64,000 nucleotides of DNA from an uncultured Gammaproteobacteria bacterium (GCA_963797555.1 CAWCPV010000014.1:64001-128000); one strand, 5' to 3'; shown: positions 35,374-45,166, counted from the stretch's first letter. Notes: generated by a model from the sequence alone, not told the origin. Numbers and translations: made by a program.

Positions 35374-37659
35374 ATGAACCGACCACGCCTTTTTCTGTCC
35401 GCGGTCAGCGAAGAGCTACGCACGCCCCGCCAGGCTGTGGCCGCCACGGTCCGCACCCTAGGCTACGACGCTGTGTCGCAAGACAACTTCCCCACCGGGT
35501 ACGGCGAGCTGCGCCAATGGCTGCGCGAGCAAATCGATTCCTGCGAGGGCCTCATCCAACTCGTCGGCCATGGCTACGGGGCGGAGCCGCCCGAGGTGGA
35601 CCCCGACTACGGCCGTGTCTCCTACACCCAGCTCGAATTCCTCTACGCCCACCGCCACGGCAAGAAGACCTGGATAGATTCTGGTCGGCGAACAGTGCCA
35701 CCGCGACAAGCCGCTCGACCGGCTCGACCTGCCGCGTGAAGCTGTTCATGGTGACCCCGCCGGCTACCAGGCCGAGCGGCGAAAGCTCCAGCAGGACTAT
35801 ATCGCCCGCCTCAAACGGGAGAATCACCTCCGCCATACCGCGAACAACGACACCGAGCTGCAAAACATCGTCCTGCGCCTGCGCGACGAGCTTCGCGAGC
35901 TGCGGCGACAGTGGGAAGAGTGGCTGGCGCAGGATGCCGATTTCAAAGCGCGTACCACAGGCCGTCTGGACGAACTAGCCGAAGCGGCCCAGCTGACCAC
36001 CGAGAAAATCCGCGCTCACCTCCTGCGGACCACCGAGGAAACCCATCGCCGGGAGTTGGCTGAGGCCGAAGCAGCCACCGACTGGAAGGAGAGTCAGCGC
36101 CTGCGCGAAGCGGCTGAGACGGCCCATGCCGCCCGGTTGTCCGCATCGAGGACTTGGCCGCCTCCTTTGCCAGATCGAGGGTCGCGGCGCGGCCACCAGT
36201 GTATTCAAGCAGATGAGCCGCACCTTGAGCAAACAAGGCGTAGACGAGGCTATCCACTACGTAGCGACGCAACGCCCCTCCATCCTCCGGACCGTCCGTG
36301 CCCGCGCCGCTGCTGCCCGCGAGCGCAACCGCGGCGACCTCCGGCCCTTGTTGCGGATCGCCGCCCTGTATGAAACCAAGGGCGAGCCGGCCAAGGCGCC
36401 GCTCTCTTTATACCGACATCCTGGCCTCCTGAGCCGGATTGGCCGGAGGCCCTCCACGCTGCTGCCTTGTTCCTCGTCAGCCAGGGGGATCTCGCCTGTG
36501 TTCGCACCACCCTCGCCGATGCTCGGCGCGACTACGACGAAGCCTACCGCGTCGCCCAACGTCTCACCGCTGCCGATTGCACCAACACCCAATGGCAGCG
36601 CGAGCTTTCGGTCTCCTACGAGCGACTCGGCGACGTGGCGGCGGCCCAGGGCCAGATGAGGAGGCCGCAAGGCTTTACGGCGAGGACCTGGCAATCGCCA
36701 AGCGCCTGGCCGCGGTTGACCCCACCAACACCCGATGGCAGCGCGACCTCTCGGTGTCCTACAACAAGCTCGGCGACGTGGCGGCGGCCCAGGGCCACCC
36801 GGAGGAGGCCGCAAGGCTCTACGGCGAGGCCCTGGAGATTCGCAAGCGCCTAGTGGCGGCGGTTGACCGCACCAACACCCAATGGCAGCGCGAGCTCTCG
36901 GTCTCCTACGAGCGACTCGGCGACGTGGCGGCGGCCCAGGGCCAGATGGAGGAGGCCGCAAGGCTTTACGGCGAGGACCTGGAGATTCGCGAGCGCTTGG
37001 CCGCGGCTGACCGCACCAACACCCAATGGCAGCGCGAGCTATCGGTGTCCTACAACAAGCTCGGCGACGTGGCGGCGGCCCAGGGTCATCCGGAGGAGGC
37101 CGCAAGGCTCTACGGCGACGGCCTGGAGATTCGCGAGCGCCTGGCCGCGGCTGACCCGACCAACACCCAATGGCAGCGCGACCTCTCGGTGTCCTACAAC
37201 AAGCTCGGCGGCCTGGTGGCGGCCCAGGGCCACCCGGAGGAGGCCGCAAGGCTCTACGGCAACGGCCTGGAGATTCGCGAGCACCTGGCCGCGGCTGACC
37301 CGACCAACACCCGATGGCAGCGCGACCTCTCATTGTCCTACAACAACCTCGGCGACGTGGCCGCGGCCCAGACCCAAATGGAGGAGGCCGCACGGCTCTA
37401 CGGCGAGGGTCTGGAGATTCGCAAGCGCCTAGCGGCGGCTGACCCGACCAACACCCGATGGCAGCGCGACTTGTCGGAGTCCTACTGGAAGTTGGCCGAT
37501 CTGGCTGAACAGCAGAACAAAGCCGACGAAGCACGTGGCTACTGGAAGCAGGCATTGGATGTGCTCTCGGGCATCAAGGATCGGGGCCTGCACCTATCGC
37601 CGGAGGATCACCAGCGGCTGGAGACCCTCCGCCTGCGCGCCGGTGCCGCTGCGCCGTGA
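35374..37659 (+). CDS. DUF4062 N-terminal domain plus tandem TPR protein, several frameshifts
   Basis: [28 protein letters not shown]; coiled-coil linker; 48-aa repeats [21 protein letters not shown]. Confidence 0.8.
36581..37500 (+). repeat. Seven tandem ~144-bp TPR-coding repeats
   Basis: ACCAACACCC(A/G)ATGGCAGCGCGA starts at 36581, 36724, 36871, 37015, 37159, 37303 and 37447. Confidence 0.95.
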
Positions 37660-37802
37660 CGCCCTGTGAGCGGCGCACGACGGCTACACTTCCGTCCCCC
37701 GCGGGCGTAGGGGTGCCAGCTTCGTATCCCGTCTCACCCCCTCGACTTCCCTTTCCTCCTGCCCTACTTCCTTTCGCCGGAGCCGTAGGAAAGGAAGCCA
37801 GG

Positions 37803-38300
37803 ATGCAGAAGGAGTTCAATTTCCGCTCGCTGATGGTCAAGGACCAGAACGGGAGATACCGCCCCGCCTCGGGCGATGAAATCATCGAGGCCGCCCTGGG
37901 GGAGATCAGGAAGCGGTTTGCCCGCGGCGCGGCCCTCACCTCGCCGCAGGCGGCAAGGGAGGCCATACAGCTTCGCCTCGCTCCCCTTCCGCACGAGGTG
38001 TTCGCGGTCCTGTGGCTCGACAACCGCCACCGGGTCCTCGCCTTCGAGGAGCTGTTCCGGGGCACGATAGACGGGGCGAGCGTGCATCCGCGCGAGGTGG
38101 TCAAGGCCGCGCTGCGCCACAACGCCGCGGCCTGTATCTTCGCCCACAACCACCCGTCCGGGGACCCCACCCCGAGCCCGGCCGACAAACAGATCACCCA
38201 AAGGCTCAAAGAGGCCCTCGGCCTGGTGGAGGTGAGAGCGCTCGATCACGTGGTCGTGGCCGAAACCACCTGTTCGTTCGCCGAGCTGGGGTTAATGTAG
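37803..38300 (+). CDS. radC: RadC-like JAB-domain protein (mobile-element type)
   Basis: [37 protein letters not shown]. Confidence 0.93.
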   Translation: MQKEFNFRSLMVKDQNGRYRPASGDEIIEAALGEIRKRFARGAALTSPQAAREAIQLRLAPLPHEVFAVLWLDNRHRVLAFEELFRGTIDGASVHPREVVKAALRHNAAACIFAHNHPSGDPTPSPADKQITQRLKEALGLVEVRALDHVVVAETTCSFAELGLM

Positions 38301-38309
38301 GAGGCCGCC

Positions 38310-38531
38310 ATGGATGACAAACCGGAAGTCATGAGCCCGGACATCTTGCAGTTTCATTGCGAGGAGCGCAGCAGGGAGCTTTACGCGGCCTTCGATGCGG
38401 TGCGCAGGCTCGACCCCGACGGCCAGGCCGCCGTGCTCAAGGCCCTGCGCGAGGAGCGCGACCTGCCGCTGCGGCAGGACCTGGCGCGCTATCGCCAGGC
38501 GCTCGCACTGGCGCTCGGCCGGGAGCCTTAG
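38310..38531 (+). CDS. Hypothetical protein
   Basis: SD GGAGG; directly follows radC. Confidence 0.55.
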   Translation: MDDKPEVMSPDILQFHCEERSRELYAAFDAVRRLDPDGQAAVLKALREERDLPLRQDLARYRQALALALGREP

Positions 38532-38561
38532 TACAAGGAGGCCGAGGCGGCCGCGCCCTTT

Positions 38562-39103
38562 TTACCCGTCTTCTTTTCCTGCCGCCTGCAGCGCGTTCTG
38601 CGCCGCTCTTGCCCGCAGCCATGCCTGTCCCCAACTGGCCACGAGCCACAGGACAAGGCTCGGCCCCACGATCAGCGCGAGCGACGCAGCGATCATCTTC
38701 CGTTGTTCCCGGCGGCGAACGCTGCGCCCAGTTGGCCGAGCATTCCCGCATCCTGGCCCAGGACATAAACGAAAAAAGCCGCCGTCACGCTCACGACCAT
38801 AACCCAGAGCATCAGCGCGTACTCGGCTCCATGAAAGGTTACCCTGAGCCATAGCGCGGGCTTTGGGCCGCTGCGCTTCGGCTGCCGCGGGCGCATCCAG
38901 TCTAGCGCCATCCACAGCACGAGGCCCGGCACCAACAGAGACAGCATAATCACGTGCTGGGTGTGCGTAGTTCCGGCACTTGCGTCCACTACCGCTTTCA
39001 GACGGTCAATGCTGTGCGCATCCTGGCGTATCAGAAAAACCAAACTCGCCGTCACCGCATGGACGACGCCGAGCCAGGCGGCCAACAGCAACGCCAGGGT
39101 CAT
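38562..39103 (-). CDS. Hypothetical multi-pass membrane protein, probable frameshift near 38700
   Basis: Three hydrophobic helices in one frame and a fourth in an overlapping frame. Confidence 0.45.
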
Positions 39104-39341
39104 AAAGATTTGCCCGCGCCCACAGCGCAGGCTTCGGGATGGGAATGGCGGCCATGGCTCTCCTCTGTCTTGTCCCGTGCGTGCAAGCATATTCCGCCCC
39201 CCTTCCCCGACAATCTTCCTTTCCTACTGCCCTTTCCTGCTTCCTGCGGGGGAACGCCTTCCCCCTGGCCCGAGCCTGTAGTCTCGGGCGCACCCCCTTC
39301 TGCGGGGACACCCCGGAACGCTGCCATGGCGCGCGGCGTGG

Positions 39342-39358
39342 CGCACCACTGCGGTGCG
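39342..39358. promoter_or_regulatory. NtrC-like enhancer site
   Basis: CGCACCActgCGGTGCG versus consensus TGCACCAnnnTGGTGCA, ~130 bp upstream of a sigma-54 promoter. Confidence 0.6.
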
Positions 39359-39485
39359 CCAGCTCGCGACTTGCGTCGCCGTGAGAGGAATGCTTCCGCC
39401 AGCCGGGCGCATCTGCGCGCCGGGCTGGTGAGCTAACCAGTTGTAAATGCGGATAAACTGCTATAGGCGAGACCGCCCGGCGGTA

Positions 39486-39501
39486 TGGCACAAAGTTCGC
39501 A
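39486..39501 (+). promoter_or_regulatory. Sigma-54 (-24/-12) promoter
   Basis: TGGCACAAAGTTCGCA (GG-N10-GC). Confidence 0.7.
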
Positions 39502-39545
39502 CGGCCCATGTTGCCGTATCTCTGTCTACAGGCCGTGAGGGAACG

Positions 39546-39722
39546 ATGGCAGGAAGTGGCCTGGGGTCGACTGCTGGCACAGGTTCGCGACCGTCGTCCT
39601 CGCGCGCCCAGGACGCTATGGAGCCATGCATGCTGCGCTTAGTGGTGGCACTCGGGTTGGGCACGGTTCTGCTGATCATCAGCATCACCGCCATCCTGCT
39701 CGGCATCGCAGAGCCGATCTGA
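39546..39722 (+). CDS. 58-aa single-TM small protein
   Basis: SD GAGGG; hydrophobic C-terminus LVVALGLGTVLLIISITAILLGIA; sigma-54 promoter 45 bp upstream. Confidence 0.55.
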   Translation: MAGSGLGSTAGTGSRPSSSRAQDAMEPCMLRLVVALGLGTVLLIISITAILLGIAEPI

Positions 39723-39937
39723 TCGCCGCGGCGGCGCCGTTCAGGCGCTGGGTCGCTTCGACAGCCCGGTCTACCGGTGCCCTTCTGACTCAGCCGGAAG
39801 GCCGGCCGGCAAGGCCGGGAGAGCGATCCTGCCGCGCGGTGCTGCGCTGGACTCGAGCGTGCCGAAAACAGGGCCGCCCTTCGGCGGGGCAGGGCCAGCG
39901 CGGGGGATTGCGACCGATCGAGGTTCCGCCTGCGTGC

Positions 39938-41563
39938 TTAGAGACGGGGACCGGCGTCCTGCAAGCGGCTGTCTCTCGGGAAGCGAGTGAAGTTCGTCAC
40001 GAATTTATGGATCAGCTCCCGCGCCTGGCGGTCGTATGCCGTCCTGTCACGCCAAACGTTGCGAGGATTCAGGATGTGGCTGTCCACGCCGCGAACGTAT
40101 TTGGGGACCTGTAGGTTGAGGCCAGGCAGAGCGTGCAACTCCACGTCCACGAGGTCCCCGCGCAGAATCGAGTGGATGAGCGTGCGGGTAGTGGCGATCT
40201 CGAAACGCCGTCCGTCCTCGTGGCCATAGCTTCCCCCCATCCATCCGGTGTTGACCAGATAGACCGGCGTCCCGTGACGCTGGATGCGCTCCATCAGGAG
40301 CTGCGCATACTCCTGGGGCCGTCTCGGGAAGAACGGGGCACCGAAGCACGCACTGAAGGTCGGCCGCACCTCCTTGAACTGTCCCACCTCGGTTCCCCCG
40401 ACCAGCGCCGTATAGCCGCTCAGGAAATGGTAGGCCGCCTGCTCCTTGGTGAGGACCGACAGAGGGGGAAGCACGCCGTAAAGGTCGCAAGTGAGAAAGA
40501 TGATCGCCCGCGGGTGCGTGGCGCGATTTCCCGGCATACGCATGTCGACGTAAGCACGCGGGTAGGCCACCCGGGTATTCTCGGTGATCGAGGCGTCGTC
40601 GTATCGCGGTGCATGGGTGATGGGGTCGAGGAGCACGTTCTCCATGATGGCCCCGAAACGGATGGCGTTCCAGATGACCGGCTCGCGCACGGGTGAGAGG
40701 TTGATGCACTTGGCGTAACAACCCCCTTCGAAGTTGAACACGCCGGCGTCGTTCCAGCCGTGCTCGTCGTCGCCGATGAGGAACCGGCCGGGATCTGCGG
40801 ACAAGGTCGTCTTGCCGGTCCCGGACAGCCCGAAGAAAAGGGCCACGTCACCATCCTCGCCAACGTTGGACGCGCAGTGCATGGGCAAGACTTCGTAGCT
40901 CGGCATGAGGTAGTTCATGACCGAGAACATGGCCTTTTTCATCTCGCCGGCGTATGGCATGCCGCAGAGCAGAACGCGCCGTTTGCCGGGGTGGATGACG
41001 ACGACACCGTCGCTCGCGGTGCGATCGCGTTTCGGGTCGGTCAGGTAAGAGGGTGCGGCGGCGATGGTCCAGTCCACGCGCGGCGGCAGCGCTGCCGCTT
41101 GGTGGATGAAGAGCTGACGCGCGAATAGGGCCTGCCATGCCGTCTCGCTCGTGACACGCAGCGAGAGGGTGTGATCGGGGTCGGCCCCGACGCGCGCGTG
41201 GGTAATGAACAGATCACGATCCCTGAGGTGGGCATGGGTGCGGGTCCAGAGCGCGTCGAACGCCCCCTCGTCGAACGGCTGGTTGATGGCCCCCCAATCG
41301 ATGTGGTCGGCGCTGCTGGGCTCGTGCACGATGAAACGGTCTTGAGGGGAGCGGCCGGTGCGTTTTCCGGTGGTGACCACGAGAGCCCCGTTTGACGCCA
41401 GGACCCCTTCTCCCCGCTCGATGGACGACGTGACCAGGCGGGGTACCTGGAGGTCGACATGGAAACGGGTCGAGTCGGCGAAGTGCGAGTCGGTGCCGTG
41501 CTCCCTATCGCCGCTGATTGGCTCGGGGGGTGCCGCGTCTGAACATGGGCGTGGACAGCTCAT
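39938..41563 (-). CDS. pckA: Phosphoenolpyruvate carboxykinase (ATP)
   Basis: TGRSP, YAGEMKK, LPMHC, GLSGTGKTTLS, IGDDEHGW, FEGGCYAK. Confidence 0.97.
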   Translation of the reverse strand: MSCPRPCSDAAPPEPISGDREHGTDSHFADSTRFHVDLQVPRLVTSSIERGEGVLASNGALVVTTGKRTGRSPQDRFIVHEPSSADHIDWGAINQPFDEGAFDALWTRTHAHLRDRDLFITHARVGADPDHTLSLRVTSETAWQALFARQLFIHQAAALPPRVDWTIAAAPSYLTDPKRDRTASDGVVVIHPGKRRVLLCGMPYAGEMKKAMFSVMNYLMPSYEVLPMHCASNVGEDGDVALFFGLSGTGKTTLSADPGRFLIGDDEHGWNDAGVFNFEGGCYAKCINLSPVREPVIWNAIRFGAIMENVLLDPITHAPRYDDASITENTRVAYPRAYVDMRMPGNRATHPRAIIFLTCDLYGVLPPLSVLTKEQAAYHFLSGYTALVGGTEVGQFKEVRPTFSACFGAPFFPRRPQEYAQLLMERIQRHGTPVYLVNTGWMGGSYGHEDGRRFEIATTRTLIHSILRGDLVDVELHALPGLNLQVPKYVRGVDSHILNPRNVWRDRTAYDRQARELIHKFVTNFTRFPRDSRLQDAGPRL

Positions 41564-41653
41564 GGCGTGCCTCCTCTGCTTGGAGCTTGTGAAGAATTCG
41601 TCTTTAATTCACAGGCGCTGAGATTGCCGTGGGGTTCTCTGAACCATCGAGGC

Positions 41654-42919
41654 TCACTGGGCCTGGAGTATAGATGCCGGGCTCTGCCTCCTCGCCCGCG
41701 CCTGCAGTTCCACCAGCTCTTCCTCCACCCCGGCGGCGTGCGTCAACTGGGCCACGTTGTGCTTGGCGAAGAACCCCTGGAACGAGCCGAAGCGCTGCAC
41801 GTACTCGACGATCAGAGACGAGTGCTGCGAGGCGCCCGAGAAGATCTGCTTGAGACCTTCGTCCTTGGAGCCGATCACGTCCAGCAGAAACTCCTTGCCT
41901 TGGTCGCGCAGCGCATGCACCACATACTCGATGTTTTCCATGCCGTCGCGATCGCCGTCCGCGACCCGGAAGGCGATGTGGTGCAGACGCGGGCCGTAGT
42001 TGCGCACGAAGTTCTCGGTCGGCGAGGGCAGACGCTCCAGGTGGCCGACGAAGTAGGGGGTGTTGTTGGCTGTAAAAACCTTCGCTGGGCTGCGGGTCTC
42101 GTCCGCGTGGTGCGTGCTCTTGGTGACGTTGGTGGAAGAGTTCTGATCGACGATGTCGTAGGAGCCCCAATAATAGTAGCTGGACCAGGAGAGGTACTCG
42201 AGGATGGCTACCTCGCGGTTCTGGCTGTAAACTCGGGTCGCGAGATGGTCGATGGGCTGGACGAGGTCCGCGATGCGCAACTGGTGCTGCAGCGTCTTCG
42301 CCGCCTCGTATACCTCCTGCACCTCTGCACGTATCGAGCCCAGGCCCAGGGCGTACACCCGCAGCTCGTGAGGCGGGCGCTCCCAGTACGCGACGATGTT
42401 GTGCGTGTATGGCGAGGGCTTGCTCACGGCCATGTTGCCCGGCAACTCCAGCTTGCGGATCTCGTCCTGCGAGAAGAAACGGAACTCCCGCTCCTCCTGC
42501 AGGGTGACTACGCTGTGCAGGTCGGTGACCCGCAACACCTCGCCGATGTAGCGGCAGTTGGGCCTCTTCGCCCCGATGGGGTAGACCTCGTTGAGGCTGC
42601 GAAAGATTCCGCGTGTGTTCGGGTCCTTCACCTCACGCACCAGGAAGTCGGGCGAATCCATGTTGACACGCAGGACGTGGGTCCAATGGGACTCGCTCTC
42701 CAGGGTCACGAGATAATGGTAGGGTGTCATCAGCGACAGCTCGGCCACGTACTGGACGGAGTGGCCCGGCTCCACGGTGAGCATGACCGCGTCGATCTCT
42801 CGGATCATCTCCGTCAGGCCCAGCCGGTCCCGCTCTTCCAGGAGGCGCGCCAGGTAGTCCTCGAAGAATTTGGAGTTGGTCTTGTCTCCGTTGCGGGGAA
42901 ACGCCAAAGAGTGGGTCAT
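41654..42919 (-). CDS. HPPD-like VOC-superfamily metalloenzyme
   Basis: IDHLA..YGPRLHHIAF..LKQIFS..EYVQR..QGFF, matching the His/His/Glu triad pattern of hydroxyphenylpyruvate dioxygenases. Confidence 0.75.
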   Translation of the reverse strand: MTHSLAFPRNGDKTNSKFFEDYLARLLEERDRLGLTEMIREIDAVMLTVEPGHSVQYVAELSLMTPYHYLVTLESESHWTHVLRVNMDSPDFLVREVKDPNTRGIFRSLNEVYPIGAKRPNCRYIGEVLRVTDLHSVVTLQEEREFRFFSQDEIRKLELPGNMAVSKPSPYTHNIVAYWERPPHELRVYALGLGSIRAEVQEVYEAAKTLQHQLRIADLVQPIDHLATRVYSQNREVAILEYLSWSSYYYWGSYDIVDQNSSTNVTKSTHHADETRSPAKVFTANNTPYFVGHLERLPSPTENFVRNYGPRLHHIAFRVADGDRDGMENIEYVVHALRDQGKEFLLDVIGSKDEGLKQIFSGASQHSSLIVEYVQRFGSFQGFFAKHNVAQLTHAAGVEEELVELQARARRQSPASILQAQ

Positions 42920-42964
42920 AGGCCGGTAGGGTCCTCCCGGAGTCGTGGGTTACCCGGATGACAT

Positions 42965-42980
42965 AGCAAACTCCGTGCCT
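42965..42980 (-). promoter_or_regulatory. Sigma-54 promoter of the VOC-pckA unit
   Basis: Minus strand AGGCACGGAGTTTGCT (GG-N10-GC). Confidence 0.7.
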
Positions 42981-43100
42981 CACGATCCGGTGCCAGGCGG
43001 ATTGTCGTCGCAAACGGCCCGAGCGCCTGATTCTGCTCGGAAAATGTCTCGGTGACGCCTCGTGGTGCGGCGTGCTCCGGGCATTTCCGGAGGCAGCCAT

Positions 43101-43138
43101 GGCGCCTAGTTGGTGCGATGCCGCACTGCTGCGGAGCA
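43101..43138. promoter_or_regulatory. Tandem NtrC-like sites
   Basis: GGCGCCTAGTTGGTGCG and CGCACTGCTGCGGAGCA, 21 bp apart, between divergent sigma-54 promoters. Confidence 0.5.
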
Positions 43139-43205
43139 GGGTGCCGAGAGGACGCAGGCCAGACCACGCACTGGCCCAAGTATCGCGGGATCGGTCGCCG
43201 CTGCT

Positions 43206-43221
43206 TGGCACGGAACGTGCT
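43206..43221 (+). promoter_or_regulatory. Sigma-54 promoter of the AstE/M14 operon
   Basis: TGGCACGGAACGTGCT (GG-N10-GC). Confidence 0.7.
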
Positions 43222-43268
43222 GCCTGCATGAGCCGGAGGACTGCCTGCAAATCCTTTGAGGACAACGG

Positions 43269-44231
43269 ATGCGGATATGGCGTGAGGATGTTCTGGGTTT
43301 CGAGATGCCCTACGGCGGAGCGCGTACGGTCAGGCGTATGGCGTTCGCCGGCGCCGATCGGCCGAAGCTCGCCGTGGTGGCCGGCATCCACGGTGACGAG
43401 CTGGACGGACTCTACCTATGCCAGCGGCTCATGGCGTGGCTCGAGGGCCTGTCGCACGAACATCCGCAGGCGCTGCTCGGGAGGGTCGATCTCTACCCCG
43501 CGGCGAATCCCCTCGGGACCGATGTGCTGGCGCGCGAGATGCCGCCCTTCGAGGCTGACCTGAACCGGGCCTTTCCAGGCCGCGGCGACGGCAGTTTGCC
43601 CGAGCGTGTGGCCGAATGCCTGCTGCGCGATCTGGAAGGCAGCGCACTGGTGGTGGACGTGCACGGGAGCAATCGGTTTCTGCGGGAGATTCCCCAACTG
43701 CGCCTCCCTCCCGAGCACGCCGAGACCCTGTTGCCACTCGCCCGCCATCTCAATGTGGAGCTGGCATGGCTGCAGCCGTCGCCGCTCAGGACGACGTTGC
43801 GCAGCGTGCTCAATGCGCGGGGTATCCCGTGCATCATCGTGGAGACAGGGATTGCCCAGCGCGTGCACGCTGCCGAGGTGGAACAGCTCCTGATCGGAAT
43901 ACTGAGCACCTGCCGAGCGCTCGGTATCCTTTCCCAGGCACTGGAGCTGCCTCCGTGCTGCTACAGCGCGCACGTGGTCCGGGAAAGCGACATCTCCTAC
44001 GTGAACTCTCCTGCAGCCGGCCTGTTCGTGCCCGCAGCCGCTCACGGCAGCTCGGTGTACCAGGGACAATCGCTGGGACACATCGTTTCGCCCGAAGAGG
44101 CGCAGCCGCTAGCCGAGGTGCAGGCGCCCGTGGCCGGGCGGCTGTTTAGTCTGAGGGAGGTCCCGATGGTTTATGAAGGCTCGCTGCTCGGGCGCATCGC
44201 GGACGCCCAGGCATTGGGACAAGTCCCGTGA
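43269..44231 (+). CDS. Succinylglutamate desuccinylase/aspartoacylase-family (M14) protein
   Basis: GIHGDE, DLNRAFPG, DVHG, IVETG; C-terminal biotinyl-like barrel. Confidence 0.9.
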   Translation: MRIWREDVLGFEMPYGGARTVRRMAFAGADRPKLAVVAGIHGDELDGLYLCQRLMAWLEGLSHEHPQALLGRVDLYPAANPLGTDVLAREMPPFEADLNRAFPGRGDGSLPERVAECLLRDLEGSALVVDVHGSNRFLREIPQLRLPPEHAETLLPLARHLNVELAWLQPSPLRTTLRSVLNARGIPCIIVETGIAQRVHAAEVEQLLIGILSTCRALGILSQALELPPCCYSAHVVRESDISYVNSPAAGLFVPAAAHGSSVYQGQSLGHIVSPEEAQPLAEVQAPVAGRLFSLREVPMVYEGSLLGRIADAQALGQVP

Positions 44232-45166
44232 CGCGCCGGCACTTAAGACAGGTGGCGGCGCCGCTAGGCGAGGCCGATATCCCGTACCACGACCTCGGGG
44301 GGGACGGCGCGCCCCGGGCCGTTCTGGTGGCCGGGTTGCGAGGGAACGAGGTGAACGGGGTGTTCGTGCTGGCGAGACTGGCGGCGTACCTCGGCGCGCT
44401 CGGCAGGGGCGAGCAGCAGGGGCGCCTGGGCGGGCGTACGCTGATCGTTCCCGCCGTGAACGTCGCCGGCCTGCACACCTCGACCCGGACCTGGCCGGTC
44501 GACAACACCGACATCGACCAGATGTTTCCGGGCAATGACCGGGGCGAGACCACCCAGCGCATCGCCTACGCGCTCTTGGAGATGAGCAAGGGTAGCTACT
44601 TCCGGATCGATGTGCGGGGCGGCTCAGAGGGCCTGGAAGAGGTCCCTCACGTGCGTCTCGTGGAACCCCACGACGACGAACGCAGCACGGCCTGCCAGTT
44701 CGGCCTGCCGGTGGTGGAGGCGCTGCCGGAGGAGGCTCACGGGACTAGCCTGTACGCGGCCTGGCGGCCTTGGGGTGGGGAGTGCTTCGTGCTGCACGCG
44801 GGTCTGGCGGGCACCTTGCAGTTGCGTCACTGCGAGCGCCTGTTCCATGCCATCGTGGCCTTCCTGCACCGCACCGGGATTCTGCAAGACATCACCCTCT
44901 CGGAGGAGGACGACCTCCACTACTTCGGCGTCGACCAGCGTGTGACGCTCCGTGCCGAGCGGGCAGGCATGTTCGTCTCCCACCTGGACGTGGGGCGCTG
45001 GGTCCAGGCGGGCGAGACCATCGGCCACGTGTACGACGGCTTCGAGGGGGAGTTGCGGGCCGAGGTGCGGACGCCGGTATCGGGCCTGGTGAGCAGCCGG
45101 CGCAGACAACCCGTCACCTTCGAGGGTGATGTTCTGGCGCAGATCCAGCGGCCGCGATCGGGCTGA
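44228..45166 (+). CDS. AstE/AspA-family paralogue lacking zinc ligands
   Basis: GLRGNE, DIDQMFPG, DVRGG, VLHAG; overlaps the upstream stop (GTGA). Confidence 0.85.
   Translation: MTRRHLRQVAAPLGEADIPYHDLGGDGAPRAVLVAGLRGNEVNGVFVLARLAAYLGALGRGEQQGRLGGRTLIVPAVNVAGLHTSTRTWPVDNTDIDQMFPGNDRGETTQRIAYALLEMSKGSYFRIDVRGGSEGLEEVPHVRLVEPHDDERSTACQFGLPVVEALPEEAHGTSLYAAWRPWGGECFVLHAGLAGTLQLRHCERLFHAIVAFLHRTGILQDITLSEEDDLHYFGVDQRVTLRAERAGMFVSHLDVGRWVQAGETIGHVYDGFEGELRAEVRTPVSGLVSSRRRQPVTFEGDVLAQIQRPRSG

Noticed and set aside
36581-37500. Tandem repeats as a CRISPR array or DGR template/variable pair
   Set aside because: Units are in-frame 48-aa TPR coding repeats with no unique spacers; no cas or reverse transcriptase gene in the window
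37740-37790. Pyrimidine-rich similarity to 39215-39245 (TTTCCTxCTGCCCT)
   Set aside because: Short and low-complexity; cannot be separated from chance
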